Source: Bdellovibrionota bacterium
GTDB taxonomy: Bacteria > Bdellovibrionota > UBA1018 > CAIPTA01 > JAALKR01
Direction of reading: 5' to 3'
Assembly: GCA_965207455.1 (NCBI GenBank)
Contig: CBDBMJ010000001.1
Location: 640,001 to 704,000 of the forward strand
DNA: 64,000 nt
Below the pieces are notes generated by a model. The model saw only the letters and a program-made list of their open reading frames with translations, was not told the DNA's origin and searched no databases. Below, in pieces: positions 42,262-51,733 of this stretch. Within the stretch, counting starts at the first letter, position 1; each line of letters opens with the position of its first letter. Both the position numbers and the translations under genes were made by a program.

Positions 42262-42882
42262 ATGGCATTACTGATTGGTATCATCGGCGGCTTTGTTATG
42301 TCCATTCCGATTGGCCCCATCAATGTTTGGGTCATAAAAACCTGTGTTAAGAAAGGAATGAAAATTTCCATGGCTATCGCTCTAGGAGGATCCGTTATGG
42401 ATTTCATTTACTTTTTTATTGTTCTTTCTGGTCTATCTTGGCTTGAGTTTAGCGAAAGCCTTGCCTTTTACCTGAAACTCATCGGCGTTTGTTTTATTTT
42501 TTTACTGGGCCTAAGAGAACTAATGGCAAAAAATATTCTACTCCATGATCCTAAATACCGGGCAACACCAAAAGAATTACTAGGAGCCGTTCTACTAGGT
42601 GTAATTATTTATACCTCCAACCCCACTCTTTTATTCACAATGACCGCACTGGGAGCGTTCTTAAAAAGCCTAGAACTGTTTCCTTTTACCCAATGGAATA
42701 TACTCCTTATCTCCACAGGAGTAGGACTGGGAACATTCCTATGGTTTGTTGTGTTGACCCAAGTAATTCGCCGCTACCGAGAAGTAATCCTCAAGAAATA
42801 TTTAAGTTACTTTACAAAAATTAGTGGTATACTCATGATAACTTTGAGCGTCATTATGGCCACTCAATGGTTCCAAAACTAG
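42262..42882 (+). CDS. LysE/RhtB family translocator
   Basis: SIPIGPIN..VI and SNP motifs; about 6 TM helices; 206 aa. Confidence 0.85.
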   Translation: MALLIGIIGGFVMSIPIGPINVWVIKTCVKKGMKISMAIALGGSVMDFIYFFIVLSGLSWLEFSESLAFYLKLIGVCFIFLLGLRELMAKNILLHDPKYRATPKELLGAVLLGVIIYTSNPTLLFTMTALGAFLKSLELFPFTQWNILLISTGVGLGTFLWFVVLTQVIRRYREVILKKYLSYFTKISGILMITLSVIMATQWFQN

Positions 42883-42884
42883 GG

Positions 42885-42985
42885 GGGCGGTTGAAATGGG
42901 CGGTTGAAATGGGCGGCTAAAAATGGGGCCTAAAAAGGGGCACAAAAAGAGAGTCAAAAAGGCTTAAGCAAAAAGGAGACAAAAA
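42885..42985 (+). repeat. Degenerating 11-14 bp tandem array upstream of pepM
   Basis: GGGCGGTTGAAAT x2, then GGGCGGCTAAAAAT, GGGGCCTAAAAA, GGGGCACAAAAA and further decayed units. Confidence 0.75.
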
Positions 42986-44596
42986 ATGAAAAAAACAACG
43001 CGACTAAAAAGAATGCTAGAGAGCAAAGAGATGAGCTTTCTCATGGAATCCCATAACGGCCTATCAGCTAAGATTGTGGAAGAAGCTGGATTTTCTGGTA
43101 TCTGGGGCAGTGGACTGTCCATTAGCGCAGCCCTAGGTGTTCGAGATAATAACGAAGCATCCTGGACCCAAGTCTTAGAAGTCATGGAGTTTATGAGTGA
43201 TGCCACCTCTGTCCCTATCCTCCTAGATGGAGACACAGGCTATGGAAATTTTAATAATATGAGACGACTTGTGAAAAAACTGGAGCAACGGGAAATCGCC
43301 GGCGTTTGTATCGAGGACAAATTATTTCCAAAAACAAACAGCTTTTTAAGAGGAGAAAAACAACCCCTTGCAGATATAGATGAATTTTCTGGAAAAATTA
43401 AGGCAGGCTTAGATGCAAGGACGGACGAAGATTTTTGTATTGTAGCTAGAGTGGAAGCATTTATTGCAGGCTGGGGACTAGAAGAAGCTTTAAAGAGAGC
43501 GGAATCCTACCGAAAAGCTGGAGCTACGGCGATACTCATGCATAGTAAAAAAAATAATCCCAGTGAGATTTTTGCTTTTATGAAAGAGTGGGGAAATCGC
43601 TGCCCAGTAGTCATCGTACCCACAAAATACTATAGCACCCCCACAAAAGATTTTAAAGAGCATGGAATTTCTACTGTAATATGGGCCAATCATGTTCTAC
43701 GCACTTCCATTCAAGCTATGCAAAATACGGCGAAACAAATTTACAAAGAGCAAAGCTTGATGGGTGTGGAAGATCAAATCGTATCTGTAAAAGAAATTTT
43801 CCGCTTACAAGATGATAAAGAACTAGCCGACGCAGAGAAAAAGTACTTTCAACAGGACACGGAAAGCAACGCTATTATATTGGCCGCTAGTCAGGGAAAG
43901 GAGCTAGGAGAGCTAACCATAGACAAGCCAAAGGCCCTACTTCATGTAAATGGCGTACCTATTCTTCAGCAAGCCATCGATAAAATCAGGAATTTTGGAA
44001 TAAATAATATCTCCGTAGTTCGTGGTTATAAAAAGGAATCTTTTCCCGACTTGGGATGTGAGTATATTGATAATGATCATTTTAGTGAAACGGGAGAATT
44101 ATATTCTTTATTTTTAGCAAAAGATAAAATTAAAGAGAATATTTTAATTGGCTATGGAGATATCGCTTTTAAAAGCTATGTTTTAAATCTTTTAGAAGAT
44201 AGTAAGTCGGACATCTGTATCTTAGTGGATAGCAATATTCAGGACAGGAATAAAGGTTGTGTGGAAGATTATGTAATTTGTAGTCAAGAAAATAAAAAAC
44301 AGTTTGGATTAGACTCTTCAAAACTATTGAATATTTCCCTATCTGCTAAAGGAGACCTTTCCTTCGAGCCCCATGGAGAATGGATTGGAATTTTAAAGGC
44401 TAACCCCAAAGGGTCAAAAAACATTCGAACCGCATTGGATCACTTATCCAAGAAAGCTGATTTTAATGAACTGAAGATGTCTAATTTATTTCAAGAGCTC
44501 ATTTCTAAGGATGTGGAGATAGGAGTAGTTTATATCGAAGGTGGATGGATGGATGTGGACAGCTATAAGGATTTTGAAAAAATTCAAGTTTTTTAA
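42986..44596 (+). CDS. pepM: Phosphoenolpyruvate mutase fused to a C-terminal NTP transferase domain
   Basis: PepM-diagnostic [10 protein letters not shown], with [11 protein letters not shown] and [10 protein letters not shown]-terminal AIILAASQG...DKPKALL...WMDVDS. Confidence 0.95.
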   Translation: MKKTTRLKRMLESKEMSFLMESHNGLSAKIVEEAGFSGIWGSGLSISAALGVRDNNEASWTQVLEVMEFMSDATSVPILLDGDTGYGNFNNMRRLVKKLEQREIAGVCIEDKLFPKTNSFLRGEKQPLADIDEFSGKIKAGLDARTDEDFCIVARVEAFIAGWGLEEALKRAESYRKAGATAILMHSKKNNPSEIFAFMKEWGNRCPVVIVPTKYYSTPTKDFKEHGISTVIWANHVLRTSIQAMQNTAKQIYKEQSLMGVEDQIVSVKEIFRLQDDKELADAEKKYFQQDTESNAIILAASQGKELGELTIDKPKALLHVNGVPILQQAIDKIRNFGINNISVVRGYKKESFPDLGCEYIDNDHFSETGELYSLFLAKDKIKENILIGYGDIAFKSYVLNLLEDSKSDICILVDSNIQDRNKGCVEDYVICSQENKKQFGLDSSKLLNISLSAKGDLSFEPHGEWIGILKANPKGSKNIRTALDHLSKKADFNELKMSNLFQELISKDVEIGVVYIEGGWMDVDSYKDFEKIQVF

Positions 44597-44619
44597 GAAC
44601 CATTAGTGAGGACGTAATT

Positions 44620-45780
44620 ATGGACGCTAACATTTTTTTAGATAAGTGTAGAGAACATGGATTTCATCTTTTCACAGGCACACCCTGTTCCTACTTAAAA
44701 CCATTTATCAATCAAGTGATTGACGATCCTAGCTTAGAATTTGTGGGTACCACAAATGAGGGAGATGCTGTAGCCCTTGCCACAGGAGCTTGGCTCGGCG
44801 GGCGACGTTCCGTTGTTATGTTTCAAAATTCTGGTTTAGGCAATGCCGTAAACCCATTGACCTCCCTTAGCCAAATAGTGAAAGCACCTTTTTTGGGAAT
44901 TGTTACGTTAAGGGGAGAGCCTGGCGGTCCTAAGGACGAGCCTCAACACAAATTAATGGGTTCTATCACAACCGATCTACTGAGCTTGATGGAAATTCCT
45001 TGGTCCTATTTTCCCCAAGAAAGCTCTGAAGTAACAAAAGCTTTTTCCCATGCAGAAAAAATGATGGAGGAAAATAAGACACCATTCTTTTTTGTAATGA
45101 AAAAGGGAAGCGTGGACAGCTACGAACTACAATCTTCTCTCAAAGAATATATAACAAAAGAATACAACGCTAGAGTAAATAAAAAACGTACCGGTAAAAT
45201 AGAATTTACTCGAACACAAGCACTAACAACCATTAAAGAAACATTGGGAGATAAATCTGTATATATTGCCACAACGGGAAAGACGGGAAGAGAACTTTTC
45301 ACTTTGGGAGATACGGAAAATCAATTGTATATGGTGGGGTCCATGGGATGCGCACTTCCCCTGGGATTAGGAATCACCACAACGGAATATAAGAATCCTG
45401 TGTGCGTGATAGATGGTGATGGAGCCATTTTAATGAGAATGGGCAATATGGCTTTGGCAGGGCAGATGAAACCAAAAAATCTACTCCATATCGTATTAGA
45501 CAACGGCATCCACGATTCCACAGGAGGACAAAGAACATTTTCAGAAACAATAGATTTCTGTGAAGTGGCCCTTCACTGTGGCTACGATTCCTCTTGGGAA
45601 CTGGACTCTTTGGATGCCCTGGAATCCACACTTCGAACTGTTATACAGAAAAACAATGAAAGCGGCCTACACTTTATACGTTTCTTTATTCGACCAGGAT
45701 CCCCTGCCCAATTAGCTAGACCCACAGTGCAACCTCTGGATGTTGCCATGCGATTAAAAAAGTATATAAATTTAGGGTGA
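44620..45780 (+). CDS. ppd: Phosphonopyruvate decarboxylase
   Basis: GTPCSYL, NEGDAV, QNSGLGNAVNPLTSL, DEPQH, TPP motif DGDGA, and HDSTGGQ. Confidence 0.95.
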   Translation: MDANIFLDKCREHGFHLFTGTPCSYLKPFINQVIDDPSLEFVGTTNEGDAVALATGAWLGGRRSVVMFQNSGLGNAVNPLTSLSQIVKAPFLGIVTLRGEPGGPKDEPQHKLMGSITTDLLSLMEIPWSYFPQESSEVTKAFSHAEKMMEENKTPFFFVMKKGSVDSYELQSSLKEYITKEYNARVNKKRTGKIEFTRTQALTTIKETLGDKSVYIATTGKTGRELFTLGDTENQLYMVGSMGCALPLGLGITTTEYKNPVCVIDGDGAILMRMGNMALAGQMKPKNLLHIVLDNGIHDSTGGQRTFSETIDFCEVALHCGYDSSWELDSLDALESTLRTVIQKNNESGLHFIRFFIRPGSPAQLARPTVQPLDVAMRLKKYINLG

Positions 45781-45783
45781 GAG

Positions 45784-46923
45784 ATGCAAAAAGAAACAAT
45801 AACAAAAGAAATACAAAGAAATATTTTACTGAATCCGGGACCCGCAACAACTTCTGCTCAAGTGAAGTCTTCGTTAGTGGTGGAAGATATTTGTCCACGA
45901 GAACAAGAATTTGGCTTACTTTTAGATGATATACGAAAAAAATTGCTTTTAGTTGCAAACGGAGAAGCAGAGTATGAAGCAATTCTATTGGGTTCTTCTG
46001 GTACGGGAGCCATGGAATCTTGCCTACATTCTTGTTTGGATCAAGATGACAACAAGAAAATTCTCATCCTAGAAAACGGTGCTTATGGGCATAGAATGAA
46101 TAAAATTTGCAAATCCTTAGCAATTAAAGCCGATATGTTATCTTTTGGCTATGATGGCCCCATTGATTTGCAAAAAGTGAAGGAGCATTTACAAAAGAAG
46201 AAATATTCTGTAATGGCTTTTATCCACCATGAAACCACCACAGGAATGATAAATCCGTTAGAGGATTTGAATAGAATAGCAAAAAAATTTAATGTAGCAG
46301 TGATGGTGGATGCCATGTCCTCTTATGGAGGAATCCCCATTGACTTAGAAAAAACTGACGTGGATTATCTTATTTCTTCATCTAATAAATGCATACAGGG
46401 TATGGCTGGGCTGGGGATAGTTTTGGCTAAGAAAAAAGAATTGGAGAAAATAAAAAACTATAAAAATAGGAGTTTTTATTTTAATTTGTACAATAACTTT
46501 TTAAATCAGAAAGAAACAAAGCAATTTTTGTTCACACCTCCCGTACAGATTGTTTATTCCTTAAATAGTGCTTTGGATGAGTTCTTTGCTGAGGGAGGGA
46601 TTTCTGCTCGCTGGGAACGCTATTCTTGCCTGTATAAAGATATGTTTCAAGGGATGGTCCAAATGGGCTTTGCCCCACTTTTACCCGAGTCTTATCATTC
46701 TAAAATATTAACAACTTTTTTAGAACCTAAATGTCCTAACTATAATTTTGATTCAATGCATGATTTTTTGTATAAAAAAGGAATCACAATTTACCCAGGA
46801 AAAATTGACAGTAGGGGAACGTTTAGGATTTCTAACCTAGGTGACTTATCTCAAGAAGACATTGCCTATTTCCTGTCGACCGTGAGGGAGTACTTAAATT
46901 TCCATAAAATAAAGTTTTCATAA
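45784..46923 (+). CDS. aepZ: 2-aminoethylphosphonate transaminase (class V PLP)
   Basis: LLNPGPATT, HHETTTG, DAMSSYG, SSNKCIQG, FTPP and IYPGK motifs; follows ppd. Confidence 0.92.
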   Translation: MQKETITKEIQRNILLNPGPATTSAQVKSSLVVEDICPREQEFGLLLDDIRKKLLLVANGEAEYEAILLGSSGTGAMESCLHSCLDQDDNKKILILENGAYGHRMNKICKSLAIKADMLSFGYDGPIDLQKVKEHLQKKKYSVMAFIHHETTTGMINPLEDLNRIAKKFNVAVMVDAMSSYGGIPIDLEKTDVDYLISSSNKCIQGMAGLGIVLAKKKELEKIKNYKNRSFYFNLYNNFLNQKETKQFLFTPPVQIVYSLNSALDEFFAEGGISARWERYSCLYKDMFQGMVQMGFAPLLPESYHSKILTTFLEPKCPNYNFDSMHDFLYKKGITIYPGKIDSRGTFRISNLGDLSQEDIAYFLSTVREYLNFHKIKFS

Positions 46924-46925
46924 CG

Positions 46926-48065
46926 ATGAAATACTTAATTTCAATTAGTCTGTTTCTCTTTTCTTTTCAGCTTTTTGCTGAAGAGATTAAAATCTTTCAA
47001 ATAAACTACCCCACCAAAGGAGTGTTTGTTGATTACTATATTGACAAAGAAAATTGTGATTTTAAGCCCCAAACATTGAGAGTAAAAATAAATAATGAAA
47101 AACCGAGTTTATTGGCAGATTTTTACTATGGATTTACTTTGGTTTCTGAAAAGAAAAATGAGCTGGTTTTTTATTTGAATTCAGCTAAAAATATACAATT
47201 TATTTATAGAAAAATAAATAGCTGTGCGTTTAGCTTATTTGCAAAAGTAGATGATAGGGAAAGGGAATTGAAAGGGATTTACCTAGAGTATTATAATAGA
47301 TTGTATTTCCCCACATTAAAGTCCATTAATCTTGATTTTTCTAATGGAGAAACACTGGCTTTAGAACCTCAAGATGCTGAGGGATACCTTCCATTTTATG
47401 AGCTCTATTTTGGTGTTGGCTCTATTATTAATACAGATATTAGGGGAGATAACCAGAAGTTTATCCATGGAGGAGGAGTAAATATGGAACCCATCCCTGC
47501 CGTGTTTGTCCGCTACGGTCCATTTTTTTTAAATCATACTGGTTTGGGTTCGCTTTTTTTAAAATGGAATAAGCTTCTTGTTCTTGGGATTATACTAAGA
47601 GATGGGGAGCCTTACGAGTCAAAGAATAAACATATTCGAGAAAGAACAAATGCAAATTTTTTTGGACTTATGGTGGAATTTGATTTTTTAAATGTACAAT
47701 ATATTAAAGATATTTTTTTCGATCATGGTGCGGTTTTTAAAGCATCAATAGCCCCAACATTTCACCCCAACGCCCGTTGGACGATTAAGCCCGTATTTTC
47801 TGTTCATCACTGGAATGAAAAATATATAAATTATTATTTTGGAGTAAATGAAAGGGAAGCTTTGGCCACAGGTAAATCAAGATATAAACCCAGGCACAGT
47901 TATCAATATGCTCTTATGGTGGAAAATTATTTAAAGTATAAAGAATGGCAATTTATCACTTCCATTGGAATGAAATCCTATGGAAAAGAAGTATCCCAAT
48001 CTCCCATATCAGAAACAGATAAAGAACTTAAACTTGTTCTGGGATTTTTATATAAAATACTATAA
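46926..48065 (+). CDS. MipA/OmpV-like outer membrane protein with an extra N-terminal domain
   Basis: Signal peptide; YINYYFGVNERE and SPI motifs; beta-signal-like C-terminus LGFLYKIL. Confidence 0.7.
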   Translation: MKYLISISLFLFSFQLFAEEIKIFQINYPTKGVFVDYYIDKENCDFKPQTLRVKINNEKPSLLADFYYGFTLVSEKKNELVFYLNSAKNIQFIYRKINSCAFSLFAKVDDRERELKGIYLEYYNRLYFPTLKSINLDFSNGETLALEPQDAEGYLPFYELYFGVGSIINTDIRGDNQKFIHGGGVNMEPIPAVFVRYGPFFLNHTGLGSLFLKWNKLLVLGIILRDGEPYESKNKHIRERTNANFFGLMVEFDFLNVQYIKDIFFDHGAVFKASIAPTFHPNARWTIKPVFSVHHWNEKYINYYFGVNEREALATGKSRYKPRHSYQYALMVENYLKYKEWQFITSIGMKSYGKEVSQSPISETDKELKLVLGFLYKIL

Positions 48066-48089
48066 TGGAATCTATCCAGGCATGGGCAT

Positions 48090-49301
48090 CTATGGATAGA
48101 GGAGATATGGAGCCTGAGTCTCCACCCATATTGCTTCATCTGACTTTAATTTTTTATCTAAATCACCATATTCACTTTGGGGATCATCTACCCATTTCCT
48201 AAGAAAATCACAGCCACTGATAATATCAATGGGTAGGTGTTTTTTTTCATATTCATAAGGAGGGTCGATCCATAGATTATTTTTATGGTTTTCCATGATT
48301 TTTAAACTTTTTAATACGGCAGCAATGAAACGATAGGGGCGAAACTTTTCAGATTCGTAGAAATGATTGTCGATGAAAATCTGAAATCCTTTGCAATGCT
48401 TACCTGTGAATTTATCGAAAGTAGGTTTAAAGGCAATGGGAAGCAGGGAAAATCCCTTTAATACTTCAGGAAAGTTTTTCTCTAGGGTGGTGGTAAGAGC
48501 GTGATTTATAGTAGGAGAACCCAGTATTTCCAATGGTCGAACAGTGCCTCGTCCTTCCGATAAATGAGTACCCTCTAGCAAAACTGTACCCGGATACATT
48601 TGAGCTGTGAATTTATTTCCTATATTGGGACTGGGTAGTACCCAAGATCGATCTTGGGGCCATGGATAATCTGCGGGCTGGTAATGATTGAGTTTTATAA
48701 TTTTTAAGTCCACATCGATTTTTTTATGAGCCTTATACCACAGAGCTGCTTCTCCCATGGTAAAACCATGGCGCATGGGCATGGGAGCTATACCCACAAA
48801 GCTGGTATAATCCATATTTAAAAGAGAACCTTCAATAGGCCTGCCCGCCGGGTTGGGGCGATCAAAAATCAAAAATTCTTTTTGAAACCTGGCACAGTCC
48901 TCTAAAAGATAAAACAGAGTGGTGAGAAAAGTGTATACTCTAGTGCCCACGTCCTGGAGGTCATAGATTAAAACATCAAAGGAGGAGGCCATCTCTGGAC
49001 TGAGTCTTCGCTGTTTTCCGTATAGACTAAAGGATGGAATGTTATATTGGGAGTCCACAAAGCTATTACTTTCTATCATGTTCGCCTGTTGCTCACCGTG
49101 GATGCCATGTTGTGGGCCAAAAGTGGCAGATAAGGGTAGATTATTTTGAAAAAAGAGGCTCACGGTGGGGCATAGATCTTGATTGACTGAAGCTGTATTG
49201 GCCACTAATGCTAGTCTTTTCCCCTTTAATTTTTTTTTATGGGTAGAGTGGGGAGAGAAAAATTCATCCACGCCAAATTGAGTCTCTGTATGTGTTCCCA
49301 T
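48090..49301 (-). CDS. namZ: Exo-beta-N-acetylmuramidase NamZ (DUF1343)
   Basis: FGPQHG, SLYG, DLQDVGTRVYT, DRPNP, RHGFTMGE, PSPN and SEGRGT motifs. Start at ATG 49301. Confidence 0.88.
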   Translation of the reverse strand: MGTHTETQFGVDEFFSPHSTHKKKLKGKRLALVANTASVNQDLCPTVSLFFQNNLPLSATFGPQHGIHGEQQANMIESNSFVDSQYNIPSFSLYGKQRRLSPEMASSFDVLIYDLQDVGTRVYTFLTTLFYLLEDCARFQKEFLIFDRPNPAGRPIEGSLLNMDYTSFVGIAPMPMRHGFTMGEAALWYKAHKKIDVDLKIIKLNHYQPADYPWPQDRSWVLPSPNIGNKFTAQMYPGTVLLEGTHLSEGRGTVRPLEILGSPTINHALTTTLEKNFPEVLKGFSLLPIAFKPTFDKFTGKHCKGFQIFIDNHFYESEKFRPYRFIAAVLKSLKIMENHKNNLWIDPPYEYEKKHLPIDIISGCDFLRKWVDDPQSEYGDLDKKLKSDEAIWVETQAPYLLYP

Positions 49302-49381
49302 ATCCAATAGTATAGCAAAGCCACATAGTAAAGGAAATAAGGCTATTGCTTGTAAGGGATAAATCAAGTAGTTTAGCTATC

Positions 49382-49978
49382 ATGAACCGTAAGAATCCTC
49401 TCTCTTGGGCAAGGATGGGTTATGATTGGGTGCTTACTTGCTCTACTCGTCCCTATGCTACATTTGCTCTTTGTGCTGTTTCTTTTTTAGAGTCGATTAT
49501 TTTTCCCCTTCCTCCAGATATTTTTTTATTGGTTATGGGGGGGAATGCTCCCCGTAAGGCCCTATACTTTGCTTTTTTGGCAGCTTTATTTTCTGTTTTA
49601 GGCGCTGTATGTGGATATTTATTAGGTTTGGGGGCTTGGGGGTTTTTACAGGATTTTTTCCTCACTTGGGTTATTTCTCCAGAGTTTTTTGATACGGTGA
49701 AGGGCTTGTACCAAGAGAATACTTTTTGGACAGTCTTTGCGGGAGCATTCACGCCCATTCCTTTTAAAATTTTCACAGTATTGGGTGGAGTCTTTGGAGT
49801 TCCTTTTTCCCCTTTTTTATTGGCGTGTATATCGGGTCGATTCCTACGTTTTATGTGTATCGGGACTTTATTGTATTTTTATGGAAGTAGGGGACGTACT
49901 TTGGTGGAGAAGCACTTTAACTTGTTCACGATCATTTTTGTAATTATTCTATTTTTAGGATTTTGGGGAATAGCTTAG
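49382..49978 (+). CDS. DedA/YqaA family membrane protein
   Basis: SFLESIIFPLPPD, FTPIPFK and GRFLRF motifs. Confidence 0.88.
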   Translation: MNRKNPLSWARMGYDWVLTCSTRPYATFALCAVSFLESIIFPLPPDIFLLVMGGNAPRKALYFAFLAALFSVLGAVCGYLLGLGAWGFLQDFFLTWVISPEFFDTVKGLYQENTFWTVFAGAFTPIPFKIFTVLGGVFGVPFSPFLLACISGRFLRFMCIGTLLYFYGSRGRTLVEKHFNLFTIIFVIILFLGFWGIA

Positions 49979-49980
49979 GG

Positions 49981-51210
49981 ATGGAGAAAAGATGCGACAC
50001 TATTGAGGCTATTTTAAGGGAGAAGTTTTCCCACTGGTCCGTTCCCACAATGGTTGTGGGTGTTTCGGGGGGCTTGGATTCCATGGTTCTCCTAGAGGGT
50101 TTGTACCGGTTGTATGGGAATGTAAATGTATCTGTACTGCATATCAATCATGGTTTGCGGGGAGAGGAGTCTGGGGGGGACGAGGATTTTGTGCGGGAGC
50201 AGGCTCGGATTCGTGGATTGCCTTGTATTGTGGAGCGTTTGGTTTGGGAGGATGGAGAGAAGCCCAGTCAGGAGGCTTGTCGTATAAAGCGTTTAGATGT
50301 ATTTCAAAAATATACTAATGGGCATATTGTTTTAGCTCACCATTTGGAAGATCAAGCGGAGACTATTTTTCAGCGAATTTTACGGGGTACGGGACCTAAT
50401 GGGTTTGGGGCCATGGAGGAAAAAAGAGGTTTCTTTTTGCGACCTTTATTATCCGTTTCACGTTCGCAGATCCAAAGCAGTGCTCGCACTTGGAAAGTTC
50501 TCTGGCGAGAGGATAGCTCCAATGAAAACACAAAATATGAGCGTAACTGGATTAGGAAAAAAATCTTTCCACTCTTGGAGCAACGTCGGCCTGGCTTTCA
50601 AAACCGCCTTGTTAGCTTGGCAAAAGACATAAAAGATTTAACAAAAGAACCAGTGGAACTTACGATAGCGAGTAATCCAGCAGGAGAGGTCTATCAGCAA
50701 AGGGAACTCCTAGAGGCACCCAATACATTCTTTATCCAACACTTTCAGTGTCAAAGAAAACATATTATTTTTATTAAAGATTTATTGGAGAAGGGTAGGG
50801 GAAAGCTCTCCTTACCCAGTGGCGTGCTGTGGTTAAGTTGTGGCTATTGCCTATGGACAAAAAACCTTGAAAAGTGGGAGGCAGAGGCCTGTGGGAAAGA
50901 AAAGGCCGATAGGTGGGAAAGTATTCTAGGTACCTGGGAACGAAAAAATACCAACATACGTTTTAAGAGACGGTCGGAATTTTCAAAGGGTTCATTGAAA
51001 AAAAAGTTTATCTCTCAAAGAATTCCTGCCTTCTTTCGAGAAGCAGTGCCTGTGGGAATACAAAACCACAAAGAGGTTCTTTTTATGAAAAAACTGGATC
51101 AAGGCTCACAGTGGACTGTGGCAGGAGGACAAGTGATATACAAACCCGTTTTCTTTGCACCAACCCCAAAGGATCGCCCAAAGGATCGTTCAGAGGCTAA
51201 GGAATTTTAA
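49981..51210 (+). CDS. tilS: tRNA(Ile)-lysidine synthetase
   Basis: SGGLDS, HINHGLRG, AHHLEDQAET, RPLL and EDSSN...RNWIR motifs. Confidence 0.93.
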   Translation: MEKRCDTIEAILREKFSHWSVPTMVVGVSGGLDSMVLLEGLYRLYGNVNVSVLHINHGLRGEESGGDEDFVREQARIRGLPCIVERLVWEDGEKPSQEACRIKRLDVFQKYTNGHIVLAHHLEDQAETIFQRILRGTGPNGFGAMEEKRGFFLRPLLSVSRSQIQSSARTWKVLWREDSSNENTKYERNWIRKKIFPLLEQRRPGFQNRLVSLAKDIKDLTKEPVELTIASNPAGEVYQQRELLEAPNTFFIQHFQCQRKHIIFIKDLLEKGRGKLSLPSGVLWLSCGYCLWTKNLEKWEAEACGKEKADRWESILGTWERKNTNIRFKRRSEFSKGSLKKKFISQRIPAFFREAVPVGIQNHKEVLFMKKLDQGSQWTVAGGQVIYKPVFFAPTPKDRPKDRSEAKEF

Positions 51211-51733
51211 TTTTCACCTGAAACCCCACTTTTTTCTCAGAGGAGGAAGAGCTACGGAGAAGGAGCCATGTGCTTGCCAAAACGCCTAGACCGAGAGTAA
51301 TCCAAAGGCCATAGTTACTTTCCGGAGGTGTGGGGCTTTGCTCAATGCTTTTCTCAATGCTTTGGTGCTTTGGTTTTATGCTTATGTCGTCTGCATCGGG
51401 ATTATTTATTTTTTTAACTACGAGGCTGCACAGCTTATTGTTGGCAGCCTTACTATAAGCGTATATGCCCAAGTCCTCTTGATGATTATTTTTCCACATG
51501 ACTTGCAAGCCCTTGGATGTTTCTGTTAATTCCAACTGTGGCACTCGCAGGTCTCCTTCTTCAATGATCTCCACAAGGGTAGTGGACTGTTCAAATAAAC
51601 ATTGAATTAAATCAATGGTCGTGTCCGCTATGGCAATAGTTTTGAATTTAGGTAACAGGTATATTTGATTCTCACCATGGGCCTGGGATGGAAATATAAA
51701 AACAAGAATAAGTAGTTTGCGAATAAATCTCAT
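51197..51733 (-). CDS. Hypothetical exported protein with a C-terminal TM helix
   Basis: Signal peptide MRFIRKLLILVFIFPSQAHG; ATGA overlap with the upstream ORF. Confidence 0.65.
   Translation of the reverse strand: MRFIRKLLILVFIFPSQAHGENQIYLLPKFKTIAIADTTIDLIQCLFEQSTTLVEIIEEGDLRVPQLELTETSKGLQVMWKNNHQEDLGIYAYSKAANNKLCSLVVKKINNPDADDISIKPKHQSIEKSIEQSPTPPESNYGLWITLGLGVLASTWLLLRSSSSSEKKVGFQVKIKIP

Noticed and set aside
42885..42985. CRISPR array
   Set aside because: Units are 11-14 bp with no unique spacers, and there are no cas genes in the window
42986..44596. Isocitrate lyase or methylisocitrate lyase call, or a catabolic phnW role for the transaminase
   Set aside because: EDKxxxxxNS plus adjacent ppd identify biosynthetic PepM; no phnX or phnA nearby
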